Positions 13,549 through 26,255 of a stretch of 46,168 bases of DNA are shown here, piece by piece. How positions within the stretch are numbered: the stretch's first letter is position 1; every line of letters starts with the position of its first letter. The notes beneath the pieces are model-generated. The model saw nothing but the letters and a program-made list of their open reading frames with translations. It did no database searches and was not told the DNA's origin. This DNA comes from Octopus bimaculoides (taxonomy: Eukaryota): positions 83,779,467-83,825,634 of the forward strand of contig NC_068981.1 in the NCBI RefSeq assembly GCF_001194135.2, read 5' to 3'. The position numbers were made by a program, and so were the translations under genes.

Positions 13549-13598
<50 letters not shown>

Positions 13599-14017
13599 GG
13601 TGTGGGTGTGTGTATGTGTGTGTGTTTGTGTGTGTGTGTTTGTGTGTGTGTGTGTGCGTATATATATGTGTGTATTTGTGTGTGGAAGCAAGAAAGAGAG
13701 AGCGTTTGTACTTACATATAGAGTTACAAGAACACAGTAATAAAGAAATTCTAGGACTCAAGAGTGAGTGCAAATATGTGCGCAAGAGTATAACAATAGA
13801 TGGAATGCTAACAGGCTTTCCTCTATGTACTTTGTGGGTGTTTGAGCAAACCACTTTACCAATACGTCATCGTAGACGTTCCCTGCTATATTTGCAACAG
13901 ATGTGCTCTCACACACACAAACATACACACTCATAACACACATACACTCTCACACATATAGACACATAAGTAATATACACCCATCCATCCATCCACACGC
14001 ACACACACACGCACACG

Positions 14018-14082
<65 letters not shown>

Positions 14083-15970
14083 GCGCGCATCCAGTATGCA
14101 TAAATTCATTAGGAACTTGAATTGTACAAAGAGAACCCTATGCGTANNNNNNNNNNNNNNNNNNNNNNNNNNNNNNNNNNNNNNNNNNNNNNNNNNNNNN
14201 NNNNNNNNNNNNNNNNNNNNNNNNNNNNNNNNNNNNNNNNNNNNNNNNNNNNNNNNNNNNNNNNNNNNNNNNNNNNNNNNNNNNNNNNNNNNNNNNNNNN
14301 NNNNNNNNNNNNNNNNNNNNNNNNNNNCCGGCAGCGCATTTCAATCGGCAAGCCGATTCCCACCGAATTTCAAACGAAGTACCTAAAGTATGAAGAGATC
14401 ATTATGTAAAATAGGAGGGCAGCTTGCGAGCAGATTCATTTGCGCGCCAGGCAAAATTTTTCGCGGCATTTCTTCATGAGGTTGTTGTTCAAGCTACGGA
14501 CAGTATAGAAAAGATGGGAGCATTTATCGCCGGGGAGAGTTGATAGAGGGACCAGGAAGTGCTAGTCGGTCTTTGCGTCTTCAACGTTTGATCTCTGCCC
14601 TTTGATGTTTGAATTATTTGCAATCAAATTTGATAGCAAAGAATCCAAACTAGATCGAAAACATCTATAATAAAATTGGTAAAATCACAATATTTAACGT
14701 AAAACCAGTGACGTTCCACGTAAATAATATACTTGTAATAGAATATTTGCTTTCTTCAATTTCAATGTCACTCGCTCTTCAGACAGCATGCTTTTATCTT
14801 ACTGCAAGCCCGTTCAAAACATTCTGATCAAGCATACATGCAAGAGCAGTAAACCTCAGTGATAATGCAGACTCGAAAATGTATATCAGAATAAAAGAAT
14901 GCATATGCACATTCAAGCAGAATCAAGGAGTTATGTTTTCTTTTAATTAATAATGTTAGTTTAGTTTATTTTTACGACATTGCCAGAAGAAAGGCAGTAA
15001 CCTGACATTTTTCAGGACCAATGAGATGGTTGGAGGAATAGAAAAGATTATTCTGACAAGTTCGTAACAGAGTTGACTCAACTAAAGGAACCCATGTGGC
15101 GGTATTAAATCAGGCAACAGATGTTAATCAATTATTAAAATACAGGCTTAATTCAAAGTCTACAAGCCAGATATACATGGTGCTAGTTTAAGTATTTTAC
15201 AACGATACATATATAAATAGTCGCACGCATAAACATCTGTATGCCATAAAACAAAAATACTCCGCTAAATAATTGAGAAACTAACAACCTTAAAGTATAA
15301 ACTAGCTAAAACGTAACGGTCTTGTTCTAAAGACCTCTCAACTCACGGCATATTTGGATCTTTTAGGTCATTACTATCAAACATTAAATTAAAACGAGAC
15401 ACTAACATTTGAAGCCTAAGTTTTTGCAACTGGACAGAAAGAACCATGGAAGAAATCAGAATTAATTAAAGAAAAAGCAAAGAAAAAAACTACCACTGAA
15501 AATCATAAGAAATTGTATACGTTGACTAAAACACGTGAACGTGACTGAGATTGGTTTCAAGAAAGTTGCTTATGATATTTGGATTGTAAACACATTGATA
15601 TAACAGATGACATTAAGTGTATCAAGCTGAAGAATCAATTTATAAGCAAATCGTGTGTGGGAGAAACAGTAGAGGGCCTGATTAATGCCTTGCGGCATTT
15701 AATTTCGCTGTTTTACATTTCTAGTCGTAATCACTTCCAAGGCGATAAAATAAGTGCTAATTAAGAAGCAGGGTCGATAATATTGGTCATATCCTCCCCA
15801 AAAGTTTTGAAATTACGTCGATGCAACGATGTTAGTAATGTTTAGCAATGTTTTTCCTGTACCAAAATATGTAAGTTTTATGCCTGTCTGCATGTGTGTG
15901 TACTTGTGTATGCGAGCATGTTTAGCAGTTTATGATTATGTTGATTTGCAGTCCAAGGTATTTCTTTTAG

Positions 15971-16113
15971 ATGGCATCGTTCAGTTTTGGTGACTGGACG
16001 CAAGCATGTTGAACAGTTTAAGAAGGTCACTTGACAGTCATGATGTTGAGGGATTTGCTCCGCTGCATGACATCATGAGAAAGTACCCCGTATTTTTAGT
16101 TGACCCACAGATT
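15971..16113 (+). CDS. Candidate host exon, product unknown
   Basis: Acceptor TTTCTTTTAG ends at 15970 and donor ATT|GTGAGT begins at 16114. Frame open from ATG 16006 to the donor: MLNSLRRSLDSHDVEGFAPLHDIMRKYPVFLVDPQI. All three frames have a stop if read from the acceptor, so it is a 5'UTR-containing exon, a pseudo-exon or chance. Confidence 0.3.
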
Positions 16114-16297
16114 GTGAGTTTATTTGGTAGGCGTAAACTGTATGAAAGCTCATTGGAATGATTAGACCCGCAATTGAAATATTCAGCTTTTGCATTGTGT
16201 CACGCTGGCTGCGCCCGAGAACTCCGTTAATAGAACATGTCCGTGGAATACTCAATTAATTAAACGTTTAGTTAAAGAGATAATAGTTAAAGAGATA

Positions 16298-16622
16298 ATA
16301 GGTCGCACTTGTTTCCTGGAAAATTTCACCTAAAGTTGGGGGTGCGACTTATAAGCACATCCCACAAAAAATCTTCAGATATTTTCTAGGTACAAGCCAC
16401 GTCTGAAGTTCCGACACTTGGAATAACCGAAAAAAAAACTCGAATCGCTAACACCGAAGCCGAGAAGTACACGGAAGACGATCTTTAGATACTTCTTTAT
16501 ATATTTCTTTACTTCTGTTAGTATGAAATAAGCAATTAATTTATAAAAAAGGAGTTTGTTTTTCTACGACCTGTTATTTGTTAACATGAAGAGAAAGAGG
16601 AATTCGTATGATGCCAATTTCA

Positions 16623-16624
<2 letters not shown>
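16298..16624 (+). mobile_element. pogo/Tigger-like DNA transposon 5' end
   Basis: Subterminal GTCGCAC...GGTGCGACTTATAAG inverted motif. ATG 16586 gives MKRKRNSYDANFK, typical of a pogo N-terminus, and is cut off by (TAA)n. Confidence 0.6.
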
Positions 16625-16656
<32 letters not shown>

Positions 16657-17224
16657 TGCCCGGATGCAGTACCAGGCAGTGGCTCACATGGCTTCAAATC
16701 TTATTTGATTGGAAGTGTTATCATGTACATTGTTTTTTCTTGGTATAAAAAGATGGGCTACAGCAAATATTCTGCTTAATACCACAAATTTGCGTGTCAG
16801 TTGTTTGACCTTAACCAGTTGAGCATGTCCCTTGGTGGTTGATGATATGTGCATCTCTGATCATGAGCAGAAGTAGTGGTGGAGCATCATAGCCGTGTGT
16901 TGAGAGGAATTCTTTGGGGTTTGAATAATTCACCTTTGGAAACATGGGTGTTTTGCTCAACATCCTTAAACAAATCTTATTCAGGGCCCTTTTGAGCGGG
17001 ATTGGCTACTCGACCTGAAGAAAATTCTAACTGGACCCCACCTGCGAGGTCATGCGCTGTTTATCTTGATATGAGACTACTATGTCGCGCACATATGGTT
17101 GTGATGCATGTGCCTGGTGTACCCTTATCAGATGGGTAGTCATGATGGGTATAATGGGCTTCGTATATTTTACCCCAGTGTCACTTTGATGGCATGCACT
17201 GCTCTCTCACTCATTAATAATAAT
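16625..17224 (+). mobile_element. ~560-bp non-coding interspersed element between (TAA)n tracts
   Basis: Body 16656-17212 runs ATGCCCGGATGCAGTACC...CTCTCTCACTC. Partial copies at 13177-13271 (+) and 27233-27397 (-). Confidence 0.75.
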
Positions 17225-17227
17225 TCC

Positions 17228-20128
17228 ATTATTTAGCACAAGGATGAAAGATGAGGGGGACAATACAAAGATAGACATAAAATGTTGGGGTTTACATATA
17301 ATGAAATGATAAAAATGAAATGAAAGAAGGTAAATATACACAGTATACGCTGAAAAAAAGGGACATATGCATAACGTACAAAGGCTTTAAAAAAAGAAAA
17401 AAAGGGGCGGGAAGGATGATAGAGATGCGGCCTTCCTGATACAGGAAGATGTCTAGGGATAATCGAGGAAACCCACTGTCCGAGATTTCCCTGAAACCCC
17501 AGGAGCAAGAGCCTTCTCAAATTCCTTCTCCCCGACTCACAGGGCTACACTTAGAGAGGTACCATCAACTCTTACCATTTTCACAACTGTCACCCGCCTT
17601 TCAATAAACTCGAGAACAGCACTTTTCTCTTCACTTTCAATTTCTTTTTCAAGTGAATCTTGAAGAAGTCAAAGAGCTCTGCCAAAGAGGAATATATCTG
17701 TCCATGCCTTTCAGCCTTGTCCACCAAACAACCTCTTTGGCCACAGCCACCAGGCAAAGGGAAACAACAGACTCGGCCGACAGACGGATCCGTTCCACAC
17801 GTGACAGCAACTGTTCGACATAGCCCCACAAGTCAGCAATGCCCCGACTCTGAACGAGGTTGTGCAGGACGGTTTCGTCACTCTGCACCCATCTGATAAC
17901 ACATCCGGGCCTTTAGAGCTTATCTTGAACCAGTAACGCTCCCTGGAAGCACTGCGAGGCCAAGGACATCTGGAAATTATCCATGATAGTTCCTGACCGG
18001 AAAGTCCTCCGGAACAGACTAGCCGGTTTGCTCTGCTCGGCGCCCAGAGTCTCCTCGAGAACTTCGTTGCACTTCCCCGTCATTAATTCTCTATAAATTT
18101 CTAAAGCAGAACATCCACCGATCCCATTGTCCAACTAGTAGAGGGCTGTGAGCGCCTGACGACATTCTAGGTGCCAGGCGCCCAGTCTCGGTCTTTTCTT
18201 CACCCAGGAATGTGGCTCCTTCAAAGACATGAGATGCGGAAGTCAAGCTTCACAAACGGAGCCCACTCGTGCTCATTGCAGGTGGCGTAACCTCAGAACG
18301 TGTCTGCGCATTAGGAGCTACGGCATACCTAACCCACCGTTCAGAGGATGCTGACAACAGACTGACAGCCTGACCATTGGAACGCATCCCTTCCACAAGA
18401 ATTTGAATAAGAGACGCTCCAGCCTGGTCAAGCAGTAACTGGGACGGTCAGGCGATAAATGATAACGGAAGCGATGTAAGCATTCGCCACCTCTGCTCGA
18501 GCTTTCAGGGACAGCTTCTTCTCAGTCCCATTTCTGGGTAAGACTGGCCACCCTGTTAGCCACCTCGTCCCAGTTCTTATTAAACTGGAGGTCGTGACCA
18601 AGTCAGACTCTGAACAGTTTAACTGCTCCGTCGGTCCAGCATCCGATGACACCGTCCGTTGTCATCGTCTTGCCTCCCCAGGAGCCCAACCGCAAACCTA
18701 CCGATTTGTCGGCATTAATTGTAACCCCTGCAACCGACTCATCTTCCTTTAGGATGGTGCCGACCGTCTCCACTTCGGAAGCGTCTGACACCATGACGGT
18801 GACGTCATTCGCATATGCTGGCACTGCCCTTCCTTGTCCCAGCTCGAAAGGATGCCCCTTAGCTGTTCCAACCTTCGCAGTAGTGGCTCGAATGCCAATA
18901 TGTACAAAAGAGGTGAAAGCGGGCAGCCTTCACAGATCCAGCGTGTCATGCCAAATGGTTACAATAGGTAGCCGTTTACTTTGACCACTGAACAGGTGCT
19001 GCTGTACATTGCATCGTTCCAGCCTCTGAAAACAGGTTTGAGACTGTCTGCTTTCAGGACGGCTTCCAAGTTGCGATGGTCGACCCTATCGAATGATTTG
19101 AATTGATCCAAATTGATCAGAGCACCCCTCCCACGGAGCCAGCTTTGGTCCCAGCCCTCCGATGTATCGCATAAGGTGGAGATTGCCGTGGATACAACTG
19201 CTGGGGATTGCGCACGTTTGTGCTTCTCCGACCAGGCTACCGACGACAAGTGCCAGTCTTTTCGCTAACACCTTGGCCAAAGTTTTAAACTGTGTGTTTA
19301 GCAGAGTTATGGGCCGAAACTTTTCTAGTACGTCGCCATTGTTGGCGTCCTTACTCAGCAGTGTCACCACGCCGCTGATAGCAGCACTAGGAATTCTTCC
19401 ACTCTGTTGCCAGTTGCGATAGACGTATGCCAAGAAGTCGCCAAACAAATCTGGCATGAATATAAAGAATTCATAGCGCAAACCATCCAAACCAGGTGAT
19501 CTAAGATTTGTGCAATCGCTCATGGCCTCAAAAATTTTATCGGCTGTTATTGGCCTTTCACACAACCTCGCGTCAGCTGCCGAGATCTGCAGCAAGCCGT
19601 CCAGGAACGAACTAAGGTCCAGTGCCGTCGTCGACCCATCACTCTCTCCCTACAGCTGCACGAAGTGCTGCTAAAAAGCCGCACACATCTGCTCGGAGCC
19701 GCATAGCACGCGCCCTCCATATCCGTCAAAGACCTGATCGTGGTTTCATTTCCACGTCGCGTCTCCACCGTTCGGGCCCATACGATAACTTTAATTCCTT
19801 CCTGTTTGAGCGCACTGACCTTAGCTCTGACAACGTAACCTTCGTATTTCGCTTCAAAGAAATTGTCAAGGGTCATTCTAGCCGTTAAACCACCAGTTGC
19901 AATGCTCTTATTAATCGCTTCTTCTAATTTGATAACTATCTCACCCCCTAATCTATTCCGTTCTATTGCTTACTCTTTGCTAAACGCTATCGATGCTGCT
20001 CTAATCATCCTCTTCAGAGTGGCCCACTACCTGTTGTTGATGATTGCCACCGTCAACTGCCGCTGAACTAGTTCACTAATCCGTTCTCTGTAGTCTTTGC
20101 GTGCCAGAAAAGACGCGTTTAACCACCT
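17228..20128 (-). mobile_element. L1/Tx1-clade LINE, 5'-truncated, frameshifted reverse transcriptase pseudogene plus 3' UTR
   Basis: Motifs WLNASFL (end of the endonuclease region), SPGLDGLRYEF, FRPITLLNTQFKTLAKVLAKRL, LINLDQFKSFDRVDH, GCPLSPLLYILAFEPLL, AYANDVTVMV (decayed YADD) and INADKS. Pyrimidine-rich 3' UTR ends ...CTTGTGCTAAATAA. Confidence 0.92.
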
Positions 20129-20764
20129 AGGTCACGAACATTCACACACCCCACTCTGAAAACTACCATATTTATCGAAGAAGAAACAAAAGTGGAAGGA
20201 TGTCACTTGCCTTGGATTTTGAGAGGGTCGGCTGATTCATCTGCCTCGTCTGATGCGTTATCATTAATGAAGGGCCTTCCTAAAGTCCTTTTATCCAGCT
20301 TTAACCTAAAAGCCCAATATCTTTTGGTCATATATTTTTTTTAGTTTTAGGTATGTATTTGTATGTTTTAATCAGCTGTCAGTCATGGCGATACTTCGAC
20401 AGAATTCGTTGAGCCCTACTCCTTTTGTATGAATATTTGTGTTTTACCCTAGTTTCTGCATCACCTCGCTGTTGTTCTTGCGAATTTCAGTGAAGTTGAA
20501 GAGTCGTTCGTATTCTGTAATCAATTATATGGATTGTTCATGTGATTGTTGTTTCTCTTGTATTTGTTTCTGTTTTGGTGCTTTTTGTAGATTTGGCCTT
20601 GGTTGAATGAGTGTGCATTGCTTTTGTTGTTGGTATTTGGTTGAGTGTGTCGGCATTGCTGTTAGTGAAGCTTATGGATTAGGTGAATTTTCCTCGTCCT
20701 GTCTTTTCACTTTCAGCTGAGGACGGCCTTTTCTTGAACTATTTTTCCGCAAATTGAAATCACA

Positions 20765-21083
20765 AAAATGTGGAAGTTTAGTACTACGATAATACCAGTA
20801 ATAATTGGTTCGCTGGGAATGATAAAGAAGGGAGCTGAGAAGTATATTAAGCAACTCCCTGGAAACTCCAATCTCCGTGAACTACAAAAGATAACTTCGA
20901 TGGGTACAGCCTATATACAACGGAAAGCACTCTCCATCTAAAATGGAATAAATGGGGAAATAATTTTAGCATGCATAGCAAAAAAAGCGTGCCCTTGCTA
21001 CTCTTGGCCTCTGAAGGATACCCAGCACTAAGGCAGTTGGAATAAACTTATAATGAAAGGAAACCATAAATGATAATAATAAT
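20765..21083 (+). mobile_element. R4/Dong-like RLE non-LTR retrotransposon, 3' terminal fragment
   Basis: 20768-20941 encodes MWKFSTTIIPVIIGSLGMIKKGAEKYIKQLPGNSNLRELQKITSMGTAYIQRKALSI*, the characteristic C-terminus after the RLE domain. The 3' UTR ends in GATAATAATAAT. Confidence 0.8.
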
Positions 21084-22042
21084 CATGTCTATTATCTATT
21101 TTCTTCTCTGATAGAGTCGATGTCTCGCCAGACTACGCTTTTAAAAGTCAACTAAAAGGACACTTATTTCTTAACGCTAGAGTACTCTTAGCTGTACGCA
21201 GCGATATACCTCTTTAATTGACGTCTCTGATTCGTTATCTTAATATGTTAAATCAACTTCAGCTTTACCACTGCTGTGTAGCATACAGATAGAGGAACCC
21301 CACGAAGGGTATTTACTTTAAATGTACTGCATGCAGCCAACAATCTAGTTTGAAATGATTGGAATTATGCTCACTATCACCATCAGGCAGAGATCTTACA
21401 TATATTCTTAAATTAAAAACAATTTTTATAATGGTATTTTAACTTCAACATGGTGACAACTATATAAGAAAATAAACAGAGAATAAAAAGGAATAACAAG
21501 AAAATAAACCCACCTTCAAATCATTATGTATATTTTCTAAAGGAAAGCAATGATTGATGAACCAATGGGGGTTTTCATTGTCAGTTTGTATCAAAATTAA
21601 CTTGTCATTTAAATGGCTGTGAATAATTGCACGCTTTCGGCACTTTCAAGCTGTTACAACATTATTGTCAAATTCATTCAATGACTTGGAGTAACAGGTT
21701 TTATTGTTGTAGTTGCCAGTATATCTGTTAGTGTATCTCTTGTCTGATTCATTCGCTGCAGGTTTATCAGTTTATAAGCAAATACTGTAAATGCATTTTT
21801 TTCTGAATATCAGATTGGCTTTTGTATCTAATTCCATTAGAATTTTTCCTGAAGTCTATTGTTGAAATGATTAACTGTTTTTGTCGCTTTTTCTTTTCTA
21901 GTTAATTTAACTCGTTACTTCTTAAATATTGCAGCCGACTGGACCCTTGCTAATAAGTGGCAGAAGTATAAAATATAGTTTTTATTTAGTTTCAGTTTTA
22001 AAATATCATAAACAAACTTAAATAAATGCATTCATACATAGT

Positions 22043-22255
22043 AAAGGCGGAAAGCGCGCAGAATCGTAACCATGTTGATCAAGACGTATAGTGGCATGTC
22101 TTCCGGCTTTACATACCGAGTTGAAATGTCACTGAGGTCCACTTTGCCTTTTATTCTTTAGGAGTTGATGAAATAAGTACCAGTTAAACACTGGAGTCGA
22201 TGCAATCGGCTAAACGTCTCCCACAAAATGTCAGGCACTGTGCCTATAGCAAAGA
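22043..22255 (+). mobile_element. Degenerate SINE family B
   Basis: AAGGCGG...CAGAATCGT...GAGGTCCACTTTGCCTTT...GATGAAATAAGTACCAGTTAAACACTGGAGTCGATG. Confidence 0.7.
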
Positions 22256-22619
22256 ATGTATTGTGGTTATTTTATTACATTATATATTAGAGAATGAATG
22301 TTATTTATAACTTTCAAGGTGTGTCATCTGTAGTTGTACCACAATTACCAGAGTAAAACATGTAGATGAGAGATATGGTTGGAAGAAGTTCAGTGAACAC
22401 GTAGTGAGTTGTGTGTAAGTAAGAGTGTAATAGTCAGGCTTACGTCAAGTGGAAGTAGAAGTCTGCACAGGATTGGAAAGGCTACAGTGAATTAAAAACC
22501 ACCACAGTTACACTGCTAAACGTTTACGCACATATATCCTCATTATCTGATTAATCGATATATAAAAAGATACACAGATGTGAAGAGATTTAAGGAATAG
22601 ATGCAAACACAAAAGCTAC

Positions 22620-22830
22620 TGTTTGAGATGCCGCTCCTCCTTGGCCGACGCACTTCTGATAGGGCCGGCACAGTAAATCACAGTTCCAAAGACATCAGGG
22701 ACAGATGCGAATCATCCCTCTGAGTGAGTACATTCCAAGTCTCCACTCGAGGAGATTTCTCACTCTTAGTGGACGACACCTTTGCAGTACGCAACCGACA
22801 ACCCTCCAGTCCATACAGTTCTGAAGGTTT
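22620..22830 (-). mobile_element. APE-type (RTE-like) LINE endonuclease N-terminal fragment
   Basis: Minus frame gives PRVETWNVLTQRDDSHLSLMSLEL*FTVPALSEVRRPRRSG, containing the TWNV and LSEVR motifs of AP endonucleases. Confidence 0.7.
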
Positions 22831-23469
22831 TACTTCGTATTTTCCTTCGATTAAAATTTAAAATGAAAATTATTACAGTTGTCTTTGTGGAGTGACAAGC
22901 ACTGTCATTAAGAAAAACAAGCCAGAAGAAAGCCACATTCTACAATCTGTTTTCGACTTACGTTTAAGGCCAATACAAATGAAATACATAAAATATTTTT
23001 GGTGTTTAATACGTGTCTTATTAAAGACATATGGTCTCCTCACGCTATCTTCAGCTACTCCAGTGGCCTCTAGTTGAGGAAGTTGAACGGTCTCGCATAA
23101 CTTCCATTCAGATACTTCAGACTTCATCATCTCTCCTCTTCTCGACACCCATCCCAATCCTACTACTATATTTATTCATGCTTCCTATTGTAGCTATATC
23201 TCTGGAATTCTCTCATGTTTATCCAGTAGGCGACATCTTTCCGATTTTCAAACTCATCAACGTCATTGATTTCACCGATCAATGAAGGTCCGCAAGGCCT
23301 TATACACAAGCATTTCGACTAGACGAAACCAGTATGGATAATAAGCAAAATCAATTTTTTATTCATGCAAATAGTTTTTGTAGGAATATTTCAGGTGGTA
23401 AATAGTCCGATACTCTTTTATAAGTGTACGCTTGATGAAAAAAATAACCGGAATATAATAGGTGAAGAT

Positions 23470-23765
23470 ATGGCTATGTGCTTAAAAAGTTCTTTTCGCA
23501 ACCATATAGTTGTGGGTTCTGTCAAACAGAGCGGAATTTTAGGCAAATGTCTACTATTATAAATCCCACCTTCTGAAAGAATTTTGCAAACAAAAAATAT
23601 GCTCAATATATACCTGCGTATGTGTGTGTTTATGTGCGCATCTGAATATGAATCCGTGTTTTTGTGTCTTACTGCTTCACAAGCAATGTTCACGTGTTTA
23701 CGTCCCGTAAACGGACCGATAAACTAGGGACCAGAGTTAAAAATTAAGTACTGAATTTGCTTGAT
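23470..23765 (+). mobile_element. Highly degenerate SINE family A
   Basis: GGCTATGTG...AACCATATAGTTGTGGGTTC...TTAGGCAAATGTCT...GTGTTTACGTCCCGTAA. Confidence 0.5.
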
Positions 23766-24444
23766 TAAAACTTTTCAAAGAGGTGTCCAAAATAGCAAGT
23801 ACAATAATTTTAAAAAAATTAATAATCAGAAAATTTATCGAATAAAATATTACTTCATGATATTACACTCTACAAATTCTCTTTTACATAATCCAAATTT
23901 ATACTTTTCTTAAATTTTTCCTTTTTTTTTTTTTTTTTTTGAGAAAGTTTCCTTTGTGTAAGAAACAGACAAGACCAGTCATTATGTATTATGGATCACC
24001 GCATGATCTTAAGTTCCGGGTGTAAATTTTAAGAAATATTATACAAAGTAATAGCTATGCCGTGAAGCATTTAATTATGATATTTCAACAACTGATATTC
24101 TATAATAATAATCTATTCCAAGGAACACGAAGAATAAAAGGTTAAATTCAATTGTATGGAGTCGAACCGGTGTCACAAATTTAAGTTCTTAGCGTCATTA
24201 CTCTATAGTGGGTGTGCAAAAAAAGAATGCAAGAAAACAAATTTCAACATCCAAAACAATTTAATTCTATCTAGATTATTTTCTCTAAATTTGATGATAT
24301 ACATTGATGGCAATAAATTATTGTTATTAGAATAAATCATTTGATAACATTAGAAATACAATTACTCGCATGGCCTTCTCTCTCTTCTCTAGCTCATTTT
24401 TTCATATCCTCCTCCCCCTCTTCATCTTTCAATCTAATATTCGT

Positions 24445-24530
24445 TTCTCTCTCTCTCTGTCTCTCACTCACTCACTCACTCACTCGCTCTCTCTCCCTCT
24501 CTCTCTCCCTCTCTCTCTTTCTTTCTCTCT

Positions 24531-24602
<72 letters not shown>
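24445..24602. repeat. (CT)n compound microsatellite
   Basis: Direct run. Confidence 0.95.
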
Positions 24603-24603
<1 letters not shown>

Positions 24604-26221
24604 AAATAAAAATAATCTGTATATTTAATGTAGCCTAAATTTATTTGAATTCGTTGTAAACATCTCACAATGTTTAAATAACTGAAAAGTCATCAAAATC
24701 AAAAGCTGATAATGAAACCGAGTTAGAAGTTAGTTAGCAGCAACATCCGGTCGTTGAAATCTGCAATTCGCATAAATCTATGGAGACTTGTTCTATCGCT
24801 GTTTTATGTGTTCTTTCTTCAATTGTTTTTGTCGTTTCATTATTTTGGTTATTTTCGTATTTTTACTTATTTGTATGTCTTTATTTTGTTTTCTGTTTCT
24901 TTATCCGTCGTTAGATTTTTACGCAATCTTTGTAAGAACAATATAAGTTCGCAGAATAACATGTTTTCTTTGTGTCGAAATAATGATTAAAATGCAATTC
25001 GGCCCTTTTACTTCTTATTCCTGTTGTTATCCCTTGTTTTTCGATGCAACTGTAGCTTCAGTAGTTATGATAAACACATGTATACATCATTTTTGTCTAC
25101 ACTTTAGAAACTTACGAACAACCTACCGTAAAGAAGATACATAGCAGACGTCTGTTTTAGTTCTTTATGAAGTGTAAAGCGGATGTCGATGAGACGTAGG
25201 CGGGTAATTTGGCTTGGTGGAAGTGTTTTGCAGAATTCCAGTTAACGATTATCTCTTTTGTTACGTCTAATCAGAGATGTCACTTGGAACAATGCTTTGA
25301 ACTGTATGAATATTACACGGCAAAAGGAGAACAAATTGCTTTTGGGTGACAGAACGTCACGGTTAGTGACATAGTTTCCCTTCCGCAAATGTTCTCTAAA
25401 TTTCAGAGATATTACTGTCTGAAAACTTTAAGGTATTATTGTTATGTGTAAGGCGTTTTACCTTATATGCGTGAAAAACAGTGGATTTATAAATTAGAAA
25501 AAAAAGCAAGAACTTTCACAAAGATTTTGAACAAAACTATCGAGCAAAAGATTCAAAATAATTTCTTTTATACAATACCCAAGACATTTTATCTATTGGA
25601 ATATCTCAGGTTTTTCTTTCTTTCTTTTTTTTCTTTCAGTCCTTGCTTAGAATACTTCAATAAGAATTGGTTAATAGCCTTACATAATGAAGACTAAAAA
25701 TTTGAATTAACCATGCAGATTTTATATTTTGATAATGAACTCAGCGTTTTGGTAGCATCTTACTTTTTCATCTGTATTGATGATAGTTGCTGAGATTTAC
25801 GACTATTTAAACTACCTGGCAATAAAGAAACAAACTAAAAAAAAATAGAGGTACTCAGTGTTTTGATGACTAGTATAATACATTGAAGTAGTTATGGTGA
25901 ATAAAAATATCAAATACCATACATTTGTAAGCATATACTCGCGGCCTAAATCTACCAACGTATTAGTTAGCTATGTTTAATCAAAACACAAGCCTCACGC
26001 TCATGAAACATATGTAGTATCAATTAGATTATATAGAGATTTCCAAGCTTCTCAAATTAAGTGCAGATTAAGTACAAATATATGGCATTTAACAAAGTAT
26101 ACGCATGTGCGTGTGCGTGCGTGTGCATGATTATGTATATGTATATATATAACCATATATATATAGAAAGATAGGTTGATAGATACACATATATATACAT
26201 ATATATTTAAGTGTGTATTTC

Positions 26222-26255
<34 letters not shown>

